This document shows, piece after piece, positions 47,791-54,436 of a stretch of 57,882 nt of DNA. Position 1 is the first letter of the stretch, and each line of letters starts with the position of its first letter. Made by a program: the position numbers and the translations under genes. The notes under the pieces are model-generated. The model was not told the DNA's origin, did not search any database, and worked only from the letters and a program-made list of their open reading frames with translations. This stretch comes from a virus (taxonomy: Duplodnaviria; Caudoviricetes), in the IMG/VR virus record IMGVR_UViG_3300036885_000119, positions 1-57,882 of that record. The stretch is one strand, 5' to 3'.

Positions 47791-47934
47791 CGGCAACGTC
47801 TACCGCACTGCGCGAAGTTGCGCTATGGCCACTTCTATATAATTGATAGCCACCTGTAAATCTAATGAGCCACCACGCTCGATTAGAGCAGCAGCGTCTT
47901 TAAGCAAAGCAATTTCGGGCTGTGGTTGTTGGAT
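47791..47934 (-). repeat. attC-like site 15
   Basis: ATCCAAC AACCACAGCCCGAAATTGC...GCAACTTCGCGCAGTGCGGTAGAC GTTGCCG. Confidence 0.75.
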
Positions 47935-48123
47935 GCTCGTTGTCGCGGACTCCATTAATTTTAGTGCGGCCCTATTCATTGGTTTTCCACAATAGCAACA
48001 AAAGTTAAATTCTTTATTCGGTTTGAAGTCGGGGTCACAGTCTGGAAAATAAAGCTCTCTGCCACAGTCCGAAATGAAATCATCTGATCCTTTTTCCATG
48101 CGATGAAGTTTGCATAATTCCAT
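47800..48123 (-). CDS. cassette 15 Cys-rich hypothetical protein
   Basis: MELCK...SDCG...FCCYCGKPM; ATG 48123. Confidence 0.65.
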   Translation of the reverse strand: MELCKLHRMEKGSDDFISDCGRELYFPDCDPDFKPNKEFNFCCYCGKPMNRAALKLMESATTSIQQPQPEIALLKDAAALIERGGSLDLQVAINYIEVAIAQLRAVR

Positions 48124-48162
48124 TTGGCCGCACTCTCTTTCTATGGTTCCGCGACTATGGCA

Positions 48163-48341
48163 TCCCAACGGTTGCCGCACTCGCCCGCCGTGCCGCTATG
48201 ACTGCATATAATGGCCGTGTATCGGACAATCCTTATTGACAACCAATGACACGCACGCACTTACAACCACCTTACCGCGAGTTGTCTTTTGATGCAGGCC
48301 GTTCTCTTTGCAAAGGCATGGCGCGGCTGCGGCTGTTGGTG
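48163..48341 (-). repeat. attC-like site 14
   Basis: CACCAAC AGCCGCAGCCGCGCCATGCC...GGCACGGCGGGCGAGTGCGGCAACC GTTGGGA. Confidence 0.75.
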
Positions 48342-48510
48342 GTTCGTTCGCCACCGCTCCTAATGATTTGAGCGCGTCCCCCATTTTTACGGCCTCAGAA
48401 CTTGACAAAGACATATTTACTTCGATGCCGCCGCTTAAAGTGCTAAGAAAAATAATGCTGCCGCGTTTTTCAATGCTCAACTTGGCGCTTAAACAGTTTA
48501 TAATTTCCAT
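48196..48510 (-). CDS. cassette 14 hypothetical protein
   Basis: ATG 48510 after AAGGAG. Confidence 0.6.
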   Translation of the reverse strand: MEIINCLSAKLSIEKRGSIIFLSTLSGGIEVNMSLSSSEAVKMGDALKSLGAVANEPPTAAAAPCLCKENGLHQKTTRGKVVVSACVSLVVNKDCPIHGHYMQS

Positions 48511-48546
48511 GACGCGCTCCTTATAATTTGGTCGGTGGCGTATGAC

Positions 48547-48659
48547 CACCAACGCGTGCGCACCGCACGAAGTGGCGGTCACACGGGTTTAACATTTATG
48601 GTAAGCTCCACTTTGGGGAGCGTCATAGTGACCGACATTTTGTGCTGCGCTTGTTCGAC
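48547..48659 (-). repeat. attC-like site 13
   Basis: GTCGAAC AAGCGCAGCACAAAATGTCGGTCAC...GTGACCGCCACTTCGTGCGGTGCGCACGC GTTGGTG; a second R''-like copy lies at 48714-48720. Confidence 0.7.
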
Positions 48660-48715
48660 GCTGGTGCGTAGGGTGTGCCATTCGTCGTCAGACAAGCGAT
48701 TAGGTGCGCACGCGT

Positions 48716-48958
48716 TCAACGCAAGAGGCGCGCGGTCTTGCGCCGGGCCGCAGGGCCAGAAAGCATACCGCGAGCTTCCTCTGGTTTAAGAGGTCGGCAA
48801 TCTTGCTGCGTTATCCATCCTCTGCTACTTACATCACCTATAACTCTGTAATCCCCACTATTACGAGTGTCCGGTTTGTCATCTACGGCAATTATGGCAC
48901 CAACATAATTTTTGTACCAATAAAAATCACCAGTACATTTTGTTATTTTTACTAACAT
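48716..48958 (-). CDS. cassette 13 hypothetical protein
   Basis: AGGAGG RBS inside the leader inverted repeat. Confidence 0.6.
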   Translation of the reverse strand: MLVKITKCTGDFYWYKNYVGAIIAVDDKPDTRNSGDYRVIGDVSSRGWITQQDCRPLKPEEARGMLSGPAARRKTARLLR

Positions 48959-49003
48959 TGCCGACCTCCTATAAGTGTCTCGCTCTTAGCCCTGCGGACT
49001 TGC

Positions 49004-49119
49004 GTTGAACGTTCGCCACATGAGCGCCGTTATTTTTTTATAATAGATGAGTCTAAAACCCATTCAATTTTCAATGAGTCATATCGTGCAAAATAATGGC
49101 GACTCTGCGGCTGTTGTGC
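49004..49119 (-). repeat. attC-like site 12
   Basis: GCACAAC AGCCGCAGAGTCGCCATTATTTT...AAAATAACGGCGCTCATGTGGCGAAC GTTCAAC. Confidence 0.75.
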
Positions 49120-49257
49120 GGCTGTTTTCGCCGCTTCCAATATTTTTAACCGCGCATTGACTGTATTATACGCATTTTGGTGCAAGGCACCTGCGACACA
49201 CATTACTACTGCCAACACAATATATCCGATTCTTGCAGCCCAGTCTTTTGCGTACAT
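49030..49257 (-). CDS. cassette 12 small membrane protein
   Basis: One N-terminal TM segment; AGGAGG RBS. Confidence 0.6.
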   Translation of the reverse strand: MYAKDWAARIGYIVLAVVMCVAGALHQNAYNTVNARLKILEAAKTAAQQPQSRHYFARYDSLKIEWVLDSSIIKK

Positions 49258-49292
49258 ATTGTTCCTCCTGCGCGGTTTATAATTTGAGGCGG

Positions 49293-49813
49293 AGTTTGAG
49301 AGTCGAGGTAATCATTTTTGGTTCTCAATGTATCGTTGTATGGTTTCTGCTGAGACATTCCCCGCAGTTGCGGCGAAATAACTTCGAGTCCAAAGAGAGG
49401 GGAGCCTTCTTAAAATTGGATATTTATCTCTTAATTCGTGAGAAGTTATTCCTTTACATTCCTTAACAATTTCGTGAGCCGCAGTAGTGGGCCATCCTCG
49501 AACGAATAAATGAACATGGTCTGGCTTTATTGCCAGTTCGAGAACTTCCCACCCTTTATCTTTACATTTTTGCAGGATAAGTGTTCGACAATCTTTTGCA
49601 ATACTACCAACCAAAACAGGCTTTCTCCTTTTCGGTATCCATATAAGATGAAAAACCATTAGGTGTACGCGGTGTTCGTCTCTTTGATATTGCATACTCA
49701 TGTTTATAATATACCATCCATCTACAAGATTGTCAACAACTTTCTCAAATATCTTTGCGGGCCTAACCACCGGGGTTAAAACCCCGTGGATTGCAGCCCG
49801 TCCCCGCGTTCAA
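49293..49813 (-). mobile_element. IS200/IS605-family tnpA-only (probably truncated) element inserted in the cassette 12 leader
   Basis: One end hairpin CCACGGGGTTTTAACCCCGGTGG; no second hairpin; flanked by GGCGG on both sides; removal restores the cassette leader. Confidence 0.8.
49312..49701 (-). CDS. tnpA: Y1 HUH transposase TnpA
   Basis: HLIWIPKRRK, PDHVHLF (HUH), LWTRSYF, IQRYIENQ (catalytic Tyr); TTGACA-17-TATATT promoter at 49708-49736. Confidence 0.95.
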   Translation of the reverse strand: MSMQYQRDEHRVHLMVFHLIWIPKRRKPVLVGSIAKDCRTLILQKCKDKGWEVLELAIKPDHVHLFVRGWPTTAAHEIVKECKGITSHELRDKYPILRRLPSLWTRSYFAATAGNVSAETIQRYIENQK

Positions 49814-49829
49814 GGCGGCGAAAATGCCG

Positions 49830-49964
49830 TCACAACGTTTACGCAACGGTTGAAGTAACTTGCGCACTGCAATCACCTACCGGAAACGAACATATATTAC
49901 CACTCCTACGATCTTTACAAGGAGAATGACAATCGCAAGTTATTTTAACCTTGCGTTGTTGCAC
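49830..49964 (-). repeat. attC-like site 11
   Basis: GTGCAAC AACGCAAGGTTAAAATAACTTGCG...CGCAAGTTACTTCAACCGTTGCGTAAAC GTTGTGA. Confidence 0.78.
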
Positions 49965-50135
49965 GGGGCGCTTCGCCCGAACTGTTCGGCCCGCTTCCGC
50001 TGCATTCAGGGCGGCACATATTTTATGCGCGCTGTGCTTTACTTTGCAAACGCAGAGGCTAAAAGCTCGCTTCACTTCGTCAACGTACCATGTCTCATTT
50101 ATTCCAGGAATAACCTGATACTTTTTGCCGCCCAT
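49839..50135 (-). CDS. cassette 11 hypothetical protein
   Basis: ATG 50135 after AAGGA; reads through its attC. Confidence 0.6.
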   Translation of the reverse strand: MGGKKYQVIPGINETWYVDEVKRAFSLCVCKVKHSAHKICAALNAAEAGRTVRAKRPVQQRKVKITCDCHSPCKDRRSGNICSFPVGDCSAQVTSTVA

Positions 50136-50162
50136 ATAAAATCCTTTCAAGGGCCGAATTGC

Positions 50163-50193
50163 GTGCAACGTGCGCCGTACTGCACGATGTTTG
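50163..50193 (-). repeat. truncated attC-like site 10 (right arm only)
   Basis: CAAACATCGTGCAGTACGGCGCAC GTTGCAC with no upstream AAC or left arm. Confidence 0.6.
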
Positions 50194-50634
50194 CTAGGTC
50201 GCTTCCTCTGTTTTGGGCGCGACCTGTCTTGTCATTGTTTTTTCTATTCCGTCTTTTTCTTGCCCAAGCAAATCAATTTTTGCTTGAACATCTGCCATCA
50301 ATTTTATTTTGTTTTTGTTTTCTTCAGTTGCTTCGTACAAATTTTCGTATCGTTGTTTCGACCGTCCCTTCTGGTCGTCAACAACCCAGGCGTGCCATCC
50401 GTTCTCGAAAAAAACAGAAGTTACGGTATATGTTTTCCACTGTTCACCGGTTCGATACGAATGATATTTTATAATAACATCGAAACGCTTGAAATCTTTT
50501 TTGTCTAAATCATCTATTCGCTTTCTCACTTTTTCCAATTCTTTGTTTTTGTAATCAGAATCTCCGATGCGAACAGTAAACTCGAAATTAAGTTCAGAAA
50601 ACTTGATTATGAAGCCTTTGTATTCTTCTTGCAT
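50194..50634 (-). CDS. cassette 10 hypothetical protein
   Basis: 146 aa; AAGGAG RBS. Confidence 0.7.
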   Translation of the reverse strand: MQEEYKGFIIKFSELNFEFTVRIGDSDYKNKELEKVRKRIDDLDKKDFKRFDVIIKYHSYRTGEQWKTYTVTSVFFENGWHAWVVDDQKGRSKQRYENLYEATEENKNKIKLMADVQAKIDLLGQEKDGIEKTMTRQVAPKTEEAT

Positions 50635-50682
50635 TTTCTTCTCCTTGTCGCGCCCTATTAATTTCAGAGCGGCCTAAATTGT

Positions 50683-50831
50683 GTACAACGGTTCAGGCAC
50701 CCGCCCGAAGTTGCCGCGCCCACGTTTCGATTGCGCACTGAACAACTGACGGATCGGTTATTGTTGTAACTTTTGCAGCACACTCCATTGACGTCGCTAT
50801 GTCGGCAATTTTGTCGCTGCGGTTGTTGGCT
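50683..50831 (-). repeat. attC-like site 9
   Basis: AGCCAAC AACCGCAGCGACAAAATTGCCG...CGGCAACTTCGGGCGGGTGCCTGAACC GTTGTAC (arms partly mismatched). Confidence 0.65.
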
Positions 50832-51019
50832 GCCGGTACTCCGGGAACTGTAGCGGCCAACTCCGATGCGTCTGGAGGTTGCAATCCCGGCACGTTAGCA
50901 ATGATGTGAGTACGTATAAATCTATAAATTCTGCCAAGGTCGGAAACGGTGCAACGCTCCAAATCTTCGTTAATATCCTCAATAAATTTCGCTTTATAAT
51001 CGAAGTCTGTTTTTTCCAC
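50693..51019 (-). CDS. cassette 9 hypothetical protein
   Basis: GTG start after AGGAGG. Confidence 0.55.
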   Translation of the reverse strand: MEKTDFDYKAKFIEDINEDLERCTVSDLGRIYRFIRTHIIANVPGLQPPDASELAATVPGVPAANNRSDKIADIATSMECAAKVTTITDPSVVQCAIETWARQLRAGA

Positions 51020-51058
51020 TTGTAACCTCCTATTTGTAACGCTCTTGGCCGCTATTGC

Positions 51059-51123
51059 AGCCAACGTGCGCCGTTATGCGCTGGCCGGGGTAGTTTCCGG
51101 CTTGCGTATAGCGGCTGTTGTAA
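51059..51123 (-). repeat. attC-like site 8
   Basis: TTACAAC AGCCGCTATACGCAAGCCGG AAACTACC CCGGCCAGCGCATAACGGCGCAC GTTGGCT. Confidence 0.8.
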
Positions 51124-51370
51124 GCCCGTTGTCAACCGCTCCGCTTTTTCTGGCGGCGCATAACTGCTCTATGAAATTAATGATGTCCTTCAAACAACCA
51201 TCGTTAAATATTGTATCCGAAATTGGATAAAAACAGTATGTTCGCCACGCCGAATACCATTTAATTTCACCTAAAAACCCGTTGGTGCGCTTATTGTGGA
51301 TTGACCAACGGCTGGTCTTCCCGGTATCTCCCAGGCACATAAAGCAGATATACTGGTATTCGGTTCTCAT
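51074..51370 (-). CDS. cassette 8 hypothetical protein
   Basis: MRTEYQYI...LGEIKWYSAWRTYCFYP...IFNDGCLKDI; ATG 51370. Confidence 0.7.
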   Translation of the reverse strand: MRTEYQYICFMCLGDTGKTSRWSIHNKRTNGFLGEIKWYSAWRTYCFYPISDTIFNDGCLKDIINFIEQLCAARKSGAVDNGLTTAAIRKPETTPASA

Positions 51371-51404
51371 GCGCCGCCCTTTCAATGGTCGGTTGACTAA
51401 TGGC

Positions 51405-51489
51405 TTACAACGTTCGCGCAACTCGCATGATGCGCGATATAATAAAATCAACAATCCTCTAATCGCGTTTCATGCTTGCGCTGTTGTTG
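51405..51489 (-). repeat. attC-like site 7
   Basis: CAACAAC AGCGCAAGCATGAAACGCGAT...ATCGCGCATCATGCGAGTTGCGCGAAC GTTGTAA. Confidence 0.8.
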
Positions 51490-51650
51490 GCTGTACAGCG
51501 CACCTCCATAATTTTCTGCCGCGCTTTATCTACTATTGCGTACCAGTAGAAAATTACAAATGCACGTGGGAAGCCTGACCAAAAATGCCATTTGCCGCAA
51601 TGCGGATAATTGCAAAATGACTTACTTTCTTTAATAAAACCCTGCCACAT
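51459..51650 (-). CDS. cassette 7 small protein
   Basis: GAGG RBS; 63 aa. Confidence 0.55.
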   Translation of the reverse strand: MWQGFIKESKSFCNYPHCGKWHFWSGFPRAFVIFYWYAIVDKARQKIMEVRCTANNSASMKRD

Positions 51651-51698
51651 AAAAACCTCTCTTAGCGTGGCCTATAATTTTAAGGTGCGCCGTATTGA

Positions 51699-51778
51699 CT
51701 ACAACGTGTGCCGCTTGTTGACGTTTTAATGTTGCTACGACTGCATTAGGCCCGCACCCCAACAAGCGGCTGTTGGTG
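51699..51778 (-). repeat. attC-like site 6
   Basis: CACCAAC AGCCGCTTGTTG...CAACAAGCGGCACAC GTTGTAG. Confidence 0.75.
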
Positions 51779-51815
51779 GCCTGTAAACCAAGCTACCTTG
51801 ATTTTCTGCCGGGCG

Positions 51816-52172
51816 TTAAAATGGTAACTCCTCAAAATCATCATCGTCGTCGTATTGGTATTTATGGGCGGCGGCGAATTCCGCATCTTCGAGCGCCTTG
51901 ACGGTTCCTTTTTGACGTGGAGTCCATTCATCGGGATTAAGTTTTTTAATTTCTTCAACCTCACTTTTTAAACCTGAAAGCATGCACTGCGCCTGAGTAC
52001 GTTTTGAAGCTTCGGACTTTGCCATTTGGTATTGCCGTACTGCTTCATCTGCAAGGCGCTGTGCGGTCTTTCTTAGCTCGTTCGCCGCCGCCGGAGTAGT
52101 AGCTTCGTTGGAGAGCGATACTTCAAAATGGCAGTAGTCGAACGATAACATTATTTTTACGCTTGCACTCAT
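51816..52172 (-). CDS. cassette 6 hypothetical phage protein
   Basis: ASVKIMLSFDYCHFEVSL...LRKTAQRLADEAVRQYQMAK; acidic tail ending DDFEELPF. Confidence 0.7.
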   Translation of the reverse strand: MSASVKIMLSFDYCHFEVSLSNEATTPAAANELRKTAQRLADEAVRQYQMAKSEASKRTQAQCMLSGLKSEVEEIKKLNPDEWTPRQKGTVKALEDAEFAAAHKYQYDDDDDFEELPF

Positions 52173-52224
52173 TGAATGATCCCTTCTAAGCGCCCGGCCT
52201 ATTATTCCGAGCTTGGTTTATGAA

Positions 52225-52360
52225 CACCAACGGTTCGCTAAACGGCTGATAGTTGCCGCATCCGCTCGATAAACTCTCCAACCATTAACGGCAATTCTCG
52301 CTGAGGGATAGCATCAACCTTGACAACGAGAGCGGCAATTTCAGCCTTTAGCTGTTGTGC
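52225..52360 (-). repeat. attC-like site 5
   Basis: GCACAAC AGCTAAAGGCTGAAATTGCCGC...GCGGCAACTATCAGCCGTTTAGCGAACC GTTGGTG. Confidence 0.8.
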
Positions 52361-52474
52361 GCTGTTGGCAATTTCTACAACACGTTCCAGAGCTTGCCAT
52401 GCGTCCAAAGCCTCTTTAACATTACCAGTGATATATGCTACCCTACCAAGGTCTCTAAATTCACTAATGTCCAT
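52238..52474 (-). CDS. cassette 5 hypothetical protein
   Basis: ATG after AAGGAG; about half of the ORF lies inside its attC. Confidence 0.55.
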   Translation of the reverse strand: MDISEFRDLGRVAYITGNVKEALDAWQALERVVEIANSAQQLKAEIAALVVKVDAIPQRELPLMVGEFIERMRQLSAV

Positions 52475-52513
52475 TGGCAAGCTCCTTTCAAATTAAGAGA
52501 AATTGACAATTGC

Positions 52514-52586
52514 GTACAACGTCCGATGCATGGCGAAGTGCGGTACTCCGCATTTGGGGGTACTCCCCGCCATGCATTTGTTAGGC
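52514..52586 (-). repeat. attC-like site 4
   Basis: GCCTAAC AAATGCATGGCG...CGCCATGCATCGGAC GTTGTAC; the ORF stop TAA lies in the R'' box, as in classical cassettes. Confidence 0.8.
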
Positions 52587-52901
52587 GATGTTCTCCACCG
52601 CTTCCTTAGTGTCTTGCGGCGCGTCTTGATTTTCTTCTGTCCATTCCAACCGATCTGTAACTTGATGGTCAACGTGCCGATATGCTAATCCGTCTATCAA
52701 ATCTTTAGGATAGGGAATGTCCGATGCACGGCTTTTGTGTTGCGCATACGCTTCTGATTCGGTAAACAAATGAGCGTTGTCGAGATTGCACGTATACCCT
52801 GACCGCCCCTTACCCCACCACAACAAACAGTTCCCAACAACCTGACGAGCGTCACGCAAATAATAAAGCCGTTCGGGATTTAATGTCTTTCTTGTTTTCA
52901 T
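52581..52901 (-). CDS. cassette 4 hypothetical phage protein
   Basis: YYLRDARQVVGNCLLWW...GYTCNLDNAHLFT...DIPYP. Confidence 0.7.
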   Translation of the reverse strand: MKTRKTLNPERLYYLRDARQVVGNCLLWWGKGRSGYTCNLDNAHLFTESEAYAQHKSRASDIPYPKDLIDGLAYRHVDHQVTDRLEWTEENQDAPQDTKEAVENIA

Positions 52902-52960
52902 GGTTTTCTTTCTTGGTTTTCGCGCCGCCTATAATATCTGGCTTTGCGGTGGAGAATTTC

Positions 52961-53050
52961 GCCTAACGTGTGCCGCACTCGCCAGATGACGCGGCCTATA
53001 AAAAACTACTCCGCCAGTGCTGCCGCGTTTTCTGGCTGCGGCTGTTGTGC
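52961..53050 (-). repeat. attC-like site 3
   Basis: GCACAAC AGCCGCAGCCAGAAAACGCGGC...GCCGCGTCATCTGGCGAGTGCGGCACAC GTTAGGC. Confidence 0.8.
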
Positions 53051-53359
53051 GATAGTTGCAGCCGACTCCTTATTTTCAGGGGTCGAAATAACTTTGCAAA
53101 GAGGAAACTCCCAATCTCTTAAAAAGGCTCTCTGCAAATGCTGCATACTATCCATCCATTCCAACTTTAAACCAGGAACATAAATTGACTTAGTATAAAG
53201 CATCAGATAAAGCTCGTGATGCTTAACGACCATCATTTTAACACCAAGGTACTCAACAAAAGAACCAACTGGAGCAAAGACTTCCACTGCTTTCAAGCGT
53301 TTGCAGAGAGCCTCCCATTCTTCGTCAACTTTAGGAACCGACTTTTTGAACGGCCACAT
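53006..53359 (-). CDS. cassette 3 hypothetical protein
   Basis: MWPFKK start; stop lies in the attC loop. Confidence 0.65.
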   Translation of the reverse strand: MWPFKKSVPKVDEEWEALCKRLKAVEVFAPVGSFVEYLGVKMMVVKHHELYLMLYTKSIYVPGLKLEWMDSMQHLQRAFLRDWEFPLCKVISTPENKESAATIAQQPQPENAAALAE

Positions 53360-53397
53360 TTCGACCCCCTATAATATTTGATCTCGGCTGCAATTTT

Positions 53398-53537
53398 GCA
53401 CAACGTTTGACAAAGGGCGAAGTTAAACCGGATCGTATACCTTACACTTTGTATTGCAACAAAAACCTTCTTGACGAACAAAAGCACAATCTGAAAGCCG
53501 GGAGCAAGGTTTAATTTCGTCACTTTGTTTGTTGGCT
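53398..53537 (-). repeat. attC-like site 2
   Basis: AGCCAAC AAACAAAGTGACGAAATTAAACC...GGTTTAACTTCGCCCTTTGTCAAAC GTTGTGC. Confidence 0.8.
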
Positions 53538-53692
53538 GCGGCTACTGCCGGAACTGTAGCGGCCAACTCCTCTGAATTGAGCGCGGCGTTGTTTGGCACA
53601 AAACAATTGATAGCTATTACAACGCATCTATTGCACGGAAATTCAGATGAAAAACCGGAAACATATTTACACTTATCGCAAATTTGATTCAT
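53423..53692 (-). CDS. cassette 2 Cys-rich hypothetical protein
   Basis: CDKC...PCNRC; AGGAG RBS. Confidence 0.6.
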   Translation of the reverse strand: MNQICDKCKYVSGFSSEFPCNRCVVIAINCFVPNNAALNSEELAATVPAVAAANKQSDEIKPCSRLSDCAFVRQEGFCCNTKCKVYDPV

Positions 53693-53732
53693 AAGCCGCG
53701 CTCCTATTTATAACGCTCTTGGCCGCTATTGC

Positions 53733-53823
53733 AGCCAACGTTCCCCGCATGTGTGCTGGTTGCGCCTATAAACAAGGAAAATCCGCTAACAACTGCGCAA
53801 CTGGCATACTGCGGGTGTTGGCA
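53733..53823 (-). repeat. attC-like site 1
   Basis: TGCCAAC ACCCGCAGTATGCCAGTTGCGC...GCGCAACCAGCACACATGCGGGGAAC GTTGGCT. Confidence 0.8.
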
Positions 53824-54410
53824 GATGTAAAGCCGGATTCCTTATTTTCTGGTGCGCCCATTTGTATTCCGTCTTTTATTTCGTTCCCGAAAGCATCCCA
53901 TCCGCTACGCTTGCGCCGGGCAAACATTTCCAAGTACGGCCCTGGCATAGACTCGCAAAAGTGATAGATTGACTCCGGCTTTCGGGAATGAAATAGATTT
54001 TCAGAAAGAAGTCCAATAAAGCCATTGGGGGGCGGCTTGGGGCTTCCACGCCTACCGATAAGCACCGGTTCAGTACAGCCACGAATCCAGAAACCGATAC
54101 CATACGGCACCTTAATTTCCAATACACCCCAAAGGTTTGTTGAAACACTCGTAACTTTTACCCACGGAAAGCCGGTAACATAATCAAAGCCCCAAGCCTG
54201 CATTAGCGGCAAACAATCTTCCGCAAGTTTTGGCCATGTCGCCCACATTACCAACACGCAATCAGGATCGGTAAATTCGGACACCGGAAGTTGTTTCATA
54301 TCCGAAAGCGACATGGTAGAATACTGGTTTGCCGCCGCCCCCCGACACCCGGAATTAGAATAACTCCACGGTGGATCAGCTAAAATGACTTTGTATTTAT
54401 GGGCGCACAT
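53766..54410 (-). CDS. cassette 1: MT-A70 family N6-adenine methyltransferase
   Basis: VILADPPW, LVMWATWP, WGFDY, GFWIRGCTE, HSRKP, YLEMFAR...GWDAFGNE. Confidence 0.92.
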   Translation of the reverse strand: MCAHKYKVILADPPWSYSNSGCRGAAANQYSTMSLSDMKQLPVSEFTDPDCVLVMWATWPKLAEDCLPLMQAWGFDYVTGFPWVKVTSVSTNLWGVLEIKVPYGIGFWIRGCTEPVLIGRRGSPKPPPNGFIGLLSENLFHSRKPESIYHFCESMPGPYLEMFARRKRSGWDAFGNEIKDGIQMGAPENKESGFTSANTRSMPVAQLLADFPCL

Positions 54411-54436
54411 ATAATCTCGCTCTCCGGCTTTATTTC

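Noticed and set aside
49312-49701. TnpA as the dedicated cassette recombinase
   Set aside because: It is a typical IS200/IS605 Y1 enzyme with its own end hairpin and it interrupts a cassette leader, so it looks like a later insertion. Not formally excluded.
47791-53823. Hairpins as plain terminators or REP elements
   Set aside because: They lack U-tracts, many are translated through, and the AAC/GTT cores with cassette-specific end matching are not explained by termination.
47524-53964. Plus-strand ORFs overlapping the array (including MAAIAAN... starts)
   Set aside because: They arise from the inverted repeats and antisense frames; RBSs and cassette geometry support only the minus-strand genes.
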